A DNA stretch of 35,688 nucleotides from Gammaproteobacteria bacterium (GCA_030613605.1 JAUWLO010000002.1:1-35688), one strand, 5' to 3'; shown: positions 17,597 to 26,701, counted from the first letter of the stretch. Notes: a model not told the origin generated them from the sequence alone. Made by a program: numbers and translations.

Positions 17597-19674
17597 AGTC
17601 TCGTCACCTTTTAGTAGAAATCGGCACTGAAGAGCTACCACCCAAAGCATTAAGAAAACTATCGGAAGCATTTGCTAATGGTATTACGGACGGATTCAAA
17701 AATGCCGATCTTGCTTTTGGTGAAGTGACCGTTTACGCAAGCCCGCGTCGCCTGGCCGTGTTGATTAAAGATTTAATTGAAACACAGGAAGATAAAATTA
17801 TAGAACGCAAAGGCCCTGCTTTGACGGCTGCGTTTGATGAAGACGGTTGCCCTTCGAAGGCGGCTGAAGGTTTTGCCCGCTCCTGTGGTGTCAGTGTGAA
17901 TGATCTGGCTCGTGAGGAAACAGCCAAGGGTGCCTGGTTGATGTTTCGCAGTGAGCAGGCCGGCTCACCAACGGCGGATTTAATCCCTGGCATCGTCCAG
18001 ATGTCTTTAGATAAATTACCGATACCTAAACGTATGCGTTGGGCCGATCTGGATGCCCAGTTTGTCCGTCCGGTGCACTGGCTGGTGTTGTTATTTGGCA
18101 ATGAAGTCATTGAAGCAGAAATTCTTACGGTTAAATCAGGTCGTGAAACCCGTGGTCATCGATTCCATCATCCGGAGGCGATGTATATCGCTGAAGCTGA
18201 AGCTTATGCTCCTTTATTAGAGACAGAAGGTTACGTGGTAGCCGATTTTGCGGTACGTCGTGAAGCGGTGCGGGCACAGGTGCTGGAAGTGGGAAATTCA
18301 TTGGGTGGTATGGCCGTTATTGATGAAGACCTGCTGGATGAAGTCACCGCCATGGTCGAATGGCCAAAAGCGATCGGCGGTAATTTTGAAGGCCGTTATC
18401 TTGATGTGCCGGCAGAAGCCTTAATTACCACCATGAAGACCAATCAAAAATATTTTCATGTGGTCGATGCCAAAGGCAGTTTAATGCCCCACTTTGTTAC
18501 TGTAGCGAACATCGACAGTAAAGATGCTGACATGGTGCGTGAGGGTAACGAACGAGTGATTCGTCCAAGACTTTCCGATGCTGAATTTTTCTGGACACAG
18601 GATCTAAAACATAAGCTTGAGTCTTATAGTGAGCGTCTAAAATCCATCGTTTTTCAAAAACAACTGGGCACTTTGTATGACAAATCCGAACGCGTTTCAG
18701 TGTTGGCTGGCAGCATTGCCAGTGCCATGGGGGCCAATAAGGAGTGGGCACAACGCGCTGCCTGGTTATCCAAATGTGATTTGATGACGGAAATGGTGAA
18801 TGAGTTCCCGAGCCTGCAAGGCATCATGGGCCGTTACTACGCCAGTCACGACAAAGAATCAGAAGAAGTGGCTTTGGCGATGGACGAACAATACATGCCA
18901 CGGTTTGCGGGTGATGAATTGCCGGCTACAGGTACAGGCCAGGCTTTGGCCATTGCAGACAAACTGGATACGATCGTCGGCATTTTTGGTATTGGTCAGC
19001 CACCTACGGGTAGTAAAGACCCTTTTGCTTTGCGACGGTCCGCACTGGGCCTGTTGCGTATCATTATCGAACGTCAGTTATCGATAGATCTTTTAGAGTC
19101 TTTGCAGCTTGCCGAAAAAACAGTGGACGATAAGATTGAAGTAAAGAATGTTGCAGAACAGGTGTTTGACTTCATGATGGATCGATTGAAGGCTTACTAT
19201 AAAGATGTGGGTGTATCATCACTTGTATTTGAAGCGGTATTGGCTCAAAGACCCACACAACCCTATGATTTTGACCGTCGAGTGCGTGCGGTAAACTATT
19301 TTTTAACTCTGCCAGAGGCCGAAAGCCTGGCAGCGGCCAATAAGCGTATATCAAACATCTTGCGTCAGGCTGAAGAAAAAGGTTTGACGGTGGTGGACAA
19401 GATAGATGAGAGTAAATTGTCCGAAGTAGCAGAGCGTGCTCTGGCAGATCAGATCAGCTCCATGGCCCAACAGGTAACGCCTTTATTCGATAAACGGGAT
19501 TACGAAACCGCATTGAGTAAACTGGCAGGCCTGCGTGAAGTTGTCGATACTTTTTTTGATGAGGTAATGGTGATGGACGATGATGAAACGCTTCGGGATA
19601 ATCGTCTTGCGCTATTAAATCAGTTACGTGGTTTATTTTTGCGAGTGGCGGATCTCTCACATCTTCAAACTTAA
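17593..19674 (+). CDS. glyS: Glycine--tRNA ligase beta subunit
   Basis: 693 aa, starting [20 protein letters not shown]. It is translationally coupled to glyQ. Confidence 0.96.
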   Translation: MKSRHLLVEIGTEELPPKALRKLSEAFANGITDGFKNADLAFGEVTVYASPRRLAVLIKDLIETQEDKIIERKGPALTAAFDEDGCPSKAAEGFARSCGVSVNDLAREETAKGAWLMFRSEQAGSPTADLIPGIVQMSLDKLPIPKRMRWADLDAQFVRPVHWLVLLFGNEVIEAEILTVKSGRETRGHRFHHPEAMYIAEAEAYAPLLETEGYVVADFAVRREAVRAQVLEVGNSLGGMAVIDEDLLDEVTAMVEWPKAIGGNFEGRYLDVPAEALITTMKTNQKYFHVVDAKGSLMPHFVTVANIDSKDADMVREGNERVIRPRLSDAEFFWTQDLKHKLESYSERLKSIVFQKQLGTLYDKSERVSVLAGSIASAMGANKEWAQRAAWLSKCDLMTEMVNEFPSLQGIMGRYYASHDKESEEVALAMDEQYMPRFAGDELPATGTGQALAIADKLDTIVGIFGIGQPPTGSKDPFALRRSALGLLRIIIERQLSIDLLESLQLAEKTVDDKIEVKNVAEQVFDFMMDRLKAYYKDVGVSSLVFEAVLAQRPTQPYDFDRRVRAVNYFLTLPEAESLAAANKRISNILRQAEEKGLTVVDKIDESKLSEVAERALADQISSMAQQVTPLFDKRDYETALSKLAGLREVVDTFFDEVMVMDDDETLRDNRLALLNQLRGLFLRVADLSHLQT

Positions 19675-19723
19675 ATATAAACTTAAACGTAAAACAAGAA
19701 TTATCAGGTAAAGGTCAGAATCA

Positions 19724-20071
19724 ATGGGAAACACTAAAAAGGAAAGTGCCGATAGTTACCAGGCCATGCTGGATGCCGTGCAGGCCTTCCATGATAAGCA
19801 CGATTTCAAAAACAATGGCGGTGAGGAAATGACATACCGCATGGCGCTAATGGCCGAAGAGCTGGGTGAAATCGGTGCCTGTGTCACTAAAGGTAAATCT
19901 AATGAACAACTTGCCGAAGAAACGGCTGATCTCTTTATTCTTCTCATCGGCACTGCGATATCAGCCGACTTCGATCTCAATCAGGCCTTCTGGAAAAAAA
20001 TGGACAAAATCATGAAACGCGATTCAAGAATGGTGAATGGTCGTATTCGTGTCTCCGAATTCAGAGAATAG
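19724..20071 (+). CDS. MazG-like all-alpha nucleoside triphosphate pyrophosphohydrolase
   Basis: 115 aa with the paired acidic motifs MAEELGE (EExxE) and AEETADL (EExxD), characteristic of the MazG/NTP-PPase fold. Confidence 0.7.
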   Translation: MGNTKKESADSYQAMLDAVQAFHDKHDFKNNGGEEMTYRMALMAEELGEIGACVTKGKSNEQLAEETADLFILLIGTAISADFDLNQAFWKKMDKIMKRDSRMVNGRIRVSEFRE

Positions 20072-20130
20072 AACGTAGAACAGGCGTCAATCCAGCCAAA
20101 TCCTGACGAAATCCCTCACCTATTCCCGCC

Positions 20131-20158
20131 TTGACAGTGTGGGTATTTGGTCTATCCT
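20131..20158 (+). promoter_or_regulatory. Putative sigma70 promoter of the hydrophobic mini-gene
   Basis: -35 TTGACA (20131-20136), 16-nt spacer, -10 TATCCT (20153-20158). Confidence 0.35.
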
Positions 20159-20214
20159 TTCTCTGTTGTATGGCTAAATTTAAGTCATAGGTCTTACTAC
20201 ACAGGAGATTGAAT

Positions 20215-20283
20215 ATGGAATTGTCACTATTATTGTTTGTTGTGCTCTTTGGGTTCGCTTTTCTTTGCATGGCAGAAAGTTAA
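20215..20283 (+). CDS. Unannotated 22-aa hydrophobic (single-TM) small protein
   Basis: Hand-translated as MELSLLLFVVLFGFAFLCMAES*. A canonical SD (AGGAG, 20203-20207) lies 7 nt upstream of the ATG. A strong intrinsic terminator starts 32 nt after the stop. It is too short for the ORF track. Confidence 0.5.
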   Translation: MELSLLLFVVLFGFAFLCMAES

Positions 20284-20315
20284 ATTATTGAATATCAATA
20301 GGTTAACACCTAATC

Positions 20316-20348
20316 ATCGAAGCCAGAAAAACGGCTTCGATTTTTTTT
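20316..20348 (+). terminator. Rho-independent terminator
   Basis: 9-bp stem (atcgaagcc / ggcttcgat), 8-nt loop, then a T8 run (20341-20348). There is no T-run on the opposite side, so it is unidirectional (plus strand). Confidence 0.85.
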
Positions 20349-20480
20349 GTCCGTATTTCCTCTAGCCCACGAATAATTTATGGCCCGGCGGTCGCGTTTG
20401 TAGCTGCACCGTAGGTGGCTGGTTTGTCTGTTAGAATACGCTTCCATGAAAGTTTGCCACTGGCGGTATAGAGACACACA

Positions 20481-21023
20481 ATGAAGTTGGTGATTTTAGA
20501 CCGCGATGGGGTCATTAACGAGGACTCCGATGATTTCATTAAAACCCTCGACGAGTTTATTCTGCTTCCTGGAAGTCTGGAGGCCATAAAGCGCTTGAAG
20601 CAGGCTGGATATCAGGTGGTGGTTGCGACCAACCAGTCTGGTATAGCACGTGGTTATTTAACCCTGGACACCTTGAACGCCATGCATGACAAGTTAAATG
20701 TTTTGTTGGCTGATATTGGCGTGAATATCGATGGTTTTTTTTATTGCCCACATGGTCCGGATGATGGCTGTGAGTGTCGCAAACCCAAACCAGGCCTGTA
20801 CCAGCAAATAAGCCAGCAATTTAATGTGGCACTGGAAGGTGTTCCGGTGATTGGTGATAGTTTACGAGATCTGGAGGCAGCGCGGGCTGTGGGTGCAAAA
20901 CCCATTCTGGTTCGCACCGGTAAAGGTAGGAGAACCCTGGCAGCAGGTAAAGGCCTCGAAGATGTCCCTGTTTACGAAAATCTGGCCGAGGCTGTCGACG
21001 CTTTGGTAAAAGCAAGCCACTGA
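20481..21023 (+). CDS. gmhB: D-glycero-beta-D-manno-heptose-1,7-bisphosphate 7-phosphatase (HAD family)
   Basis: HAD motif I LDRDGVIN, Zn-binding CPHGPDDGCECRKPKPG and motif GDSLRD. Confidence 0.85.
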   Translation: MKLVILDRDGVINEDSDDFIKTLDEFILLPGSLEAIKRLKQAGYQVVVATNQSGIARGYLTLDTLNAMHDKLNVLLADIGVNIDGFFYCPHGPDDGCECRKPKPGLYQQISQQFNVALEGVPVIGDSLRDLEAARAVGAKPILVRTGKGRRTLAAGKGLEDVPVYENLAEAVDALVKASH

Positions 21024-21026
21024 ACC

Positions 21027-21755
21027 ATGCAGTTTATTCGCTCCCTATTATTTAGTGCTGCCATGATCAGCTCTACCCTGCTGATTACTCTATTGCTGGT
21101 GATATTTTCACCTTTGCCATTCAAATTTCGATCACGACTTGGCCGTGGTTATGCCTGGTTTATTGTTTCAGCACTAAAAGTTTTATGCGGTATCAAGTAT
21201 CAGGTTCGTGGACGTGAAAATATTCCGGAAGGAGCAGCGATTATTCTCTCCAAACACCAATCATCATGGGAAACTTATGCGTTGCAGTTGTTTTTCCCCT
21301 CGCAGGTGTGGGTACTTAAACGTGAGCTTATGTGGGTGCCCTTTTTTGGGTGGGGCATGGCCACGCTTAAACCCATAGCAATTGATCGTGGTTCAGGTCG
21401 CAAAGCAATCAACCAGATAATCGAGAAGGGTAAACAGCGCCTGGATGCAGGAATCTGGGTGACAATATTTCCTGAGGGAACACGTATAGCGCCGGGTGAA
21501 CATAAGCGCTGGGGTATCGGGGGCGCTGTTTTGGCGGAGAGTAGCGGCTATCCTGTGGTGCCAGTGGCACATAATGCTGGCGAATTTTGGGGTCGACGAT
21601 CCTTTCTCAAGAAGCCGGGTACAATCCAGGTGGTAATTGGGCCCCCCATAGAAACAAAAGGACTGAAAGCCACAGAGATTAACCGGAAGGCGGAGGACTG
21701 GATGAAGTCTACCATGGCAGAAATCAGTTCGATCGAAACGAAGAGCAGTGATTAA
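21027..21755 (+). CDS. plsC: 1-acyl-sn-glycerol-3-phosphate acyltransferase
   Basis: It has an N-terminal TM segment, acyltransferase motif I as KHQSSWE (HX4D-type with E) and motif III FPEGTR. It starts 3 nt after the gmhB stop. Confidence 0.85.
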   Translation: MQFIRSLLFSAAMISSTLLITLLLVIFSPLPFKFRSRLGRGYAWFIVSALKVLCGIKYQVRGRENIPEGAAIILSKHQSSWETYALQLFFPSQVWVLKRELMWVPFFGWGMATLKPIAIDRGSGRKAINQIIEKGKQRLDAGIWVTIFPEGTRIAPGEHKRWGIGGAVLAESSGYPVVPVAHNAGEFWGRRSFLKKPGTIQVVIGPPIETKGLKATEINRKAEDWMKSTMAEISSIETKSSD

Positions 21756-21842
21756 ATGCCGGTTGAAAACATCATGATATAATCTTGTTTTTCCGATTTT
21801 AACTGTTCACGAATTAAGCTATAAAATACCATTTAAGTTTTA

Positions 21843-21919
21843 GCGCCCGTAGCTCAGCTGGATAGAGTACCGCCCTCCGAAGGCGGTGGTCACAGGTTCG
21901 ACTCCTGTCGGGCGCGCCA
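21843..21919 (+). tRNA. tRNA-Arg (anticodon CCG)
   Basis: Folded by hand. Acceptor GCGCCCG/CGGGCGC, D-arm GCTC-AGCTGGATA-GAGT, anticodon arm CCGCC-CTCCGAA-GGCGG (anticodon CCG), variable loop TGGTC, T-arm ACAGG-TTCGACT-CCTGT, discriminator G, encoded CCA. It is followed by a T5 run. Confidence 0.95.
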
Positions 21920-21954
21920 TTTTTTAAATAATAATAGGTACGGACTTTAGCAAT

Positions 21955-22509
21955 ATGCGAAATTCACACACATTACTTTTTTACCGCTCTTTAATTATAT
22001 TTTGTGTGAGTATTATGATATTTCCCATAACTGCCTGGTCTGCGTATGAAACCAAATTGTCTGATACTCACATTCAAAGCGCGCTCATAAAATATTTTCC
22101 AATGCGTGAATATGCGACCTTTGCCAAGGTTACCTTGCATGAACCTCAGGTGATTCTGTCTCGTGATTCTAAAGACATGTTATTGGTGATCCCGGTGGTT
22201 GCCAATATTCCAGATCAGCCGCAAAGGCAAGGCCATGCCAGGGTTGCTGTAAAAGTTTCCTATAAGCCTGGTAATGGAGGTTTATATTTATATGATCCAC
22301 GTGTTATCAAGTTTGAAATGCCAAATATCACAAAAACAATGAACAAAGTTTTAAAAGATAAAATAGCAACCATTTGTTTAAATTCTTTTCCGCTTATTCA
22401 AATTTTTAAAATCAGAGAAAGCTCACTTAATCACTCCCTTGCAAAAAGCGTTTTAAAATCATACTCCATTGGAGATGGTTTTATTGGGCTGGTTTTTGGT
22501 TTTGATTGA
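21955..22509 (+). CDS. Secreted DUF1439 (YceB)-like protein
   Basis: 184 aa with a signal peptide (IIFCVSIMIFPITAWSA). The spacing of conserved hydrophobic blocks resembles E. coli YceB, which is a weak by-eye similarity. The coding sequence is markedly AT-rich. Confidence 0.45.
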   Translation: MRNSHTLLFYRSLIIFCVSIMIFPITAWSAYETKLSDTHIQSALIKYFPMREYATFAKVTLHEPQVILSRDSKDMLLVIPVVANIPDQPQRQGHARVAVKVSYKPGNGGLYLYDPRVIKFEMPNITKTMNKVLKDKIATICLNSFPLIQIFKIRESSLNHSLAKSVLKSYSIGDGFIGLVFGFD

Positions 22510-22570
22510 AATGTACCAGCCCTGATAATTTAATCGCCTGTAAAATCAGAAAAATTTCAAAAATATTCTA

Positions 22571-24550
22571 ATGTGCGGTATAGCCTTTATATATAATTCT
22601 AATGGCAGCACAGCTGATTCTGCATCAATCATGCGGATGGTTGAATCTATTAAACACCGTGGTCCAGATGCGTTGACTCATATTGAAAGAGATTCGGTAG
22701 CATTGGGTCATGCAAGATTAAGTATTGTGGATATAGAAGGCGGCTCTCAACCTATGTTGAGCGAAAATGGACGCTTCGCTTTAATTTTTAATGGTGAAAT
22801 CTATAATTTCAAAGAATTACGCCTATCTTTGGAAAAACAGGGGGTTAATTTTAAAACCCATTCTGATACCGAAGTAGTTCTGCGTTTATACGAACGTGAT
22901 GGATCAGAATGTTTATCATTACTACGAGGCATGTTTGCCTTTGCGGTTCATGATTTGAAGACTGGGCAATTATTTCTGGCGCGGGACAGGCTCGGTATTA
23001 AGCCATTATTTTATCATTGGGATGGATCATCACTGGTGGGTGGTTCTGAAATAAAGGCGTTATTTGCCAGCGGTCAGGTCACGCCCCGATTAGACCCCGT
23101 CGCTATTCGTAATTATTTCCGTTACCAGTTTGCTGTGTCACCTCAAACGGTCTTTGATTCGATATTTGAATTACCTCCAGGCCATTTTATGAATATTTCA
23201 CCTGGTTCTGAGCCAGAAATAACACAATACTGGGATCTGGATTTCCCCCAGGATGGTGAGCACGAAAGTCTGGATGAAGATTTCTGGCTAAAAAAGTTTG
23301 GTGATGCGCTGGATGATGCGGCGATTACCCACACAATTGGCGATGTTCCTATCGGTGCGTACCTGTCTGGTGGCATAGATTCTGCCGCAACAACACATCT
23401 TTTGAAGCAACATGTTGAGGATAAGGTTCAATCCTATACGATTAAATTCAGTAACAAAGATCATGATGAATCAGCATTGGCAAAAGAAATTGCTGATTAT
23501 ATTGGTGTACCCAATAAAACCATTGCTGTGGATGACAAGAGTGAACAGGACTTTGTCGGTGTTTTACAGGATTGTATCTATCATCTGGAACAGCCGCAGC
23601 GTTTAGCCGTAGATATACCGCATTTTTTATTGTCCGGGCTAGTTAATTCGGATGAGAAAAAAGTGGTTTATACGGGGGATGGTGCCGACGAAATACTGGG
23701 TGGTTATGATTGTTTTCGTCAGGATTATATTCGGACTCATGGCAATGACATCAAAGATAGCAAAGAACGCCAGGATTTTTATTTCAAGGATTTTAAAAAT
23801 GATTTCGCTGAAGATCAGATGCGGTTATTTTATAAGCTGCATGAGAGCAGTAATCAACAGGCCGCTATAGATAAATATGGATGTTATCCGGCCTGGTATG
23901 ATTTCTGGCATCACCTTGATGGATTAAGTGAACCATTATTTGATGAAATTTTGACCAGTTCTAATGTTGACCAGCTGGACTCATCCGCAGACCTGTTCCG
24001 CAAACATATTAAAGGTCTGCACCCACTGAACCAGTCGTTATATATAGAAACCAAAACCCGTCTTCCGGGCTGGATATTGTGGAAAAGCGACCGTTTATCC
24101 ATGGCCCATAGTGTTGAAGCACGGGTACCCTTCATGGATCACCCATTGGTTGAGCTATGTGCCCGTATCCCACCAGGGTTGAAGTTAAATGGTATGGATG
24201 AGAAATACATTCTTCGAAAATTAATGATGCCACATATGCCGCAACATCCCAGCAACTTCAAAAAACGCGCCTTTTATACACCTATTCGTGAGTGGTTCTT
24301 CACGCCAGAGCGTCAGCAAGCCTTGATACCTTATTTATCCACTGAAGCGTTACAGAAAACAGGGTATTTCAGGACGGATATTGTTCAGCAGTATATGAAG
24401 GAGGTGAATGCTTATGGTCAGCCAGAAAATCTGGATCAGTATTATTTTGTGATGAAGCGAGAATGGGTATTATTCCTGGTATTGAGTATTCAAATGCTGC
24501 ATCAGTTATTTGTTGAGCGTAGCGCCCCGTGTTTTCACCTGGATAACTAG
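22571..24550 (+). CDS. Asparagine synthase-family glutamine amidotransferase (AsnB-like, long form)
   Basis: 659 aa. It has the Ntn nucleophile MCGI (Cys2), a class-II GATase domain (HRGPD, HARLSIVD) and the PP-loop motif YLSGGIDSAATT. It is about 100 aa longer than E. coli AsnB. Confidence 0.85.
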   Translation: MCGIAFIYNSNGSTADSASIMRMVESIKHRGPDALTHIERDSVALGHARLSIVDIEGGSQPMLSENGRFALIFNGEIYNFKELRLSLEKQGVNFKTHSDTEVVLRLYERDGSECLSLLRGMFAFAVHDLKTGQLFLARDRLGIKPLFYHWDGSSLVGGSEIKALFASGQVTPRLDPVAIRNYFRYQFAVSPQTVFDSIFELPPGHFMNISPGSEPEITQYWDLDFPQDGEHESLDEDFWLKKFGDALDDAAITHTIGDVPIGAYLSGGIDSAATTHLLKQHVEDKVQSYTIKFSNKDHDESALAKEIADYIGVPNKTIAVDDKSEQDFVGVLQDCIYHLEQPQRLAVDIPHFLLSGLVNSDEKKVVYTGDGADEILGGYDCFRQDYIRTHGNDIKDSKERQDFYFKDFKNDFAEDQMRLFYKLHESSNQQAAIDKYGCYPAWYDFWHHLDGLSEPLFDEILTSSNVDQLDSSADLFRKHIKGLHPLNQSLYIETKTRLPGWILWKSDRLSMAHSVEARVPFMDHPLVELCARIPPGLKLNGMDEKYILRKLMMPHMPQHPSNFKKRAFYTPIREWFFTPERQQALIPYLSTEALQKTGYFRTDIVQQYMKEVNAYGQPENLDQYYFVMKREWVLFLVLSIQMLHQLFVERSAPCFHLDN

Positions 24551-24582
24551 CACTTCTTGCCTGGTATAGATGTTTGTTGGGC

Positions 24583-24612
24583 TTGGCAAAGTTTTAATGT
24601 TAGGTCTATACT
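24583..24612 (+). promoter_or_regulatory. Putative cspA promoter
   Basis: -35 TTGGCA (24583-24588), 18-nt spacer, -10 TATACT (24607-24612). This implies a 5' UTR of roughly 120 nt. Confidence 0.4.
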
Positions 24613-24736
24613 TACGCGGTCGCAGTAGAGTGGCATGGGTAGATGTCGGGGTTCCTGTCGGATTTCCTTATCAGGGTGTTCTACTGCAACATACTCATCA
24701 CGGATTTGAAAATATAATTAGAAGAGGATGTAGGGT

Positions 24737-24940
24737 ATGACAACAGGTACAGTAAAATGGTTTAACGATGCAAAAGGATTCGGTTTCATTGTTGCCGAGG
24801 AGAATGGTGAAGATGTATTTGTCCACCATAGTAATATTGAAGGCACCGGATTCAAGTCACTTGCGGAAGGCCAGTCAGTTAGTTTTGAAATGGAACAGGG
24901 TCAAAAAGGTTGGTCAGCAACCAAGGTTCTGCCTAACTAA
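24737..24940 (+). CDS. cspA: Cold-shock protein, CspA family
   Basis: 67 aa. [15 protein letters not shown] (RNP1) and DVFVHHS (RNP2). Confidence 0.95.
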   Translation: MTTGTVKWFNDAKGFGFIVAEENGEDVFVHHSNIEGTGFKSLAEGQSVSFEMEQGQKGWSATKVLPN

Positions 24941-24969
24941 GCTTTTTGTTTTCATAGATGGCGAGCTTG

Positions 24970-25785
24970 TTAGCGCTGGCAGTGCGAGCAGTAGTAAGTC
25001 GTACGCTGGTTTTGTTGTGATTGTTTTATGGCTTTATTGCACATCGTGCAGGGTTCACCTGTGCGACCGTAAACAAGCAGCTTCTGTTTGAAGTATCCCG
25101 GCTTCCCTTCTCCATTGGTAAAATCACGCAAGGTTGTGCCGCCTTCGGCGATAGCATCTTGCAATACGTTCTTGATTGCATTCACCAGTCGCTGGTAGCG
25201 TAACTTGCTAATTTTTCCAGCAGCTATAGTCGGTCGGATGCCCGACCGAAACAGGGCTTCACTGGCATAGATATTACCAACGCCGACCACAACTTTACTG
25301 TTCATGATGAATGTTTTTATAGCCACGCTTCTTTTGCGTGAACATTGAAATAAATAATTGGTATTAAATTCATCCTCCAATGGCTCCGGGCCCAGCGAAC
25401 TAAGTAAGGGATGATTCAGGGCTGGCCGGGTGGTCCACAAGACTGAACCAAATCGTCGTGGGTCATGAAGGCGTAACGTTTTATTATTATTGAAGACAAT
25501 ATCAAAATGATCATGTTTTTTGGCAGCCTGGTCACTTTCTACCAGTTTTAAGCTGCCAGACATCCCCAGGTGAATTATAACAGTGCCCTTCGTTGCGTTA
25601 AGCAACAGATATTTCCCTCGCCGGGTGACATTCAGTATTTTCTGTCCGGGTAATGTTTTTTTGAGCCTCGGGGGTATTGGCCAGCGTAATTTTGGCTGGC
25701 GCACAATCACTGTATTTACTTGCTGCCCTGTTATGTGGGGTTCTATACCGCGACGGGTAGTTTCAACTTCTGGTAATTCAGGCAC
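24970..25785 (-). CDS. mutM: Formamidopyrimidine-DNA glycosylase
   Basis: (M)PELPEVETTRRGI N-terminus with the catalytic Pro2. C-terminal zinc finger CTMC...CSHC. GTG start codon 2 nt after the stop of the upstream gene. Confidence 0.93.
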   Translation of the reverse strand: MPELPEVETTRRGIEPHITGQQVNTVIVRQPKLRWPIPPRLKKTLPGQKILNVTRRGKYLLLNATKGTVIIHLGMSGSLKLVESDQAAKKHDHFDIVFNNNKTLRLHDPRRFGSVLWTTRPALNHPLLSSLGPEPLEDEFNTNYLFQCSRKRSVAIKTFIMNSKVVVGVGNIYASEALFRSGIRPTIAAGKISKLRYQRLVNAIKNVLQDAIAEGGTTLRDFTNGEGKPGYFKQKLLVYGRTGEPCTMCNKAIKQSQQNQRTTYYCSHCQR

Positions 25786-25787
25786 GA

Positions 25788-26672
25788 TTAATTTGGCCTG
25801 GTTAGGCCTGGTTTGGTTGATGGCAGATTAAGCAATCGTTCACCGGCTTCGATTGAAAAATGGTAGCGCAGGCCAATATCTTTGCGTAGCAGGATGATTT
25901 CGTCTTCCGTGTGCGTCAGGTTAAAGGTGAACGGCTTATTTGAATCGCTATAGACGTTGATAACGATTTTTTTGTTAGCAGTAGAATTACTATTAGTATC
26001 AGTTTTCACTTTACTGACACGCAGTGCACGAGCAAATCGCCATTCATCGATAAATTGTTGAAGTTGATCTGCGCTGGTGGGTTTATTGTCAGGCCTGGTT
26101 TTCCAGCCCGTATCGCTTGTTTGTATTGTCAGATCGGGCAAAGCGAGTTTGGTAATGGCCATGTTTTCGGGTAGCAAGGCTGGACTGAGTAATTTAGTCG
26201 CCTGACCTCGAATCAAATGACTATAACGATCAGTAATTAGATGTACGGTATCTTTTATCTGGATATACCGATAACCTTTGATGGCATCGGTAGTACCAAA
26301 AATAAGTTTGCTGTCATTAAAATAAATAGTTAGATCAGGCGCAGAAAGTTTAAGCTGTTTTAGGTTGATATCAGTTACGGAATACCGGGCATGACTTTTG
26401 GCGCTGGCGAGAGCCAGTAATTTATTGATGCGCAGTGTATTTGCCTGATTATTGTATGGCGTGCTCATCTGCCATTGGTTAGCTGTTTTTAAAAGTATTA
26501 TGCTGTGGTGCCTGCTTTGCTCAATGACTATTTTTTGAATATCTGTTGGTGTGAGTTGCGTAATTAAAACTGATTTTTCCGGTATTTTATTGCCGGATTC
26601 ATAAGCCAGTACAGCCACAAGGCCAGCCAAAGCGAGAGCCAAACCCAGGTTAAGAACATTGCGTTTATTCAT
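25788..26672 (-). CDS. DUF4340-like periplasmic/anchored protein
   Basis: 294 aa with an N-terminal anchor (LNLGLALALAGLVAVLA). Its position directly after a GldG-like gene is the usual context for DUF4340 proteins. The family call is by context and general appearance. Confidence 0.5.
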   Translation of the reverse strand: MNKRNVLNLGLALALAGLVAVLAYESGNKIPEKSVLITQLTPTDIQKIVIEQSRHHSIILLKTANQWQMSTPYNNQANTLRINKLLALASAKSHARYSVTDINLKQLKLSAPDLTIYFNDSKLIFGTTDAIKGYRYIQIKDTVHLITDRYSHLIRGQATKLLSPALLPENMAITKLALPDLTIQTSDTGWKTRPDNKPTSADQLQQFIDEWRFARALRVSKVKTDTNSNSTANKKIVINVYSDSNKPFTFNLTHTEDEIILLRKDIGLRYHFSIEAGERLLNLPSTKPGLTRPN

Positions 26673-26701
26673 GGCGTGAAATTATTCAAATCGGTTTGTT
26701 G

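Noticed and set aside
22571-24550. AsnB-like gene as a lasso-peptide cyclase or other RiPP enzyme
   Set aside because: It retains the N-terminal Cys2 glutaminase domain that lasso cyclases lack. There is no adjacent precursor peptide, transglutaminase-like protease or exporter.
24650-24661. ggttcctgtcgg resembling the tRNA-Arg T-arm/acceptor (ggttcgactcctgtcgg with 5 nt missing) as a possible attR of an islet
   Set aside because: The match is short and gapped, with only 9 contiguous nt. A chance occurrence in 35 kb is plausible, and no integrase or other mobility gene is present. It is kept only as a caveat in the islet finding.
24570-24740. 56-codon ORF (MFVGLGKVLM...) filling the asnB-like/cspA spacer and overlapping the cspA ATG
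   Set aside because: It has no SD, it starts upstream of the predicted cspA promoter, and its composition is typical of a translated UTR. The region is better explained as the csp leader.
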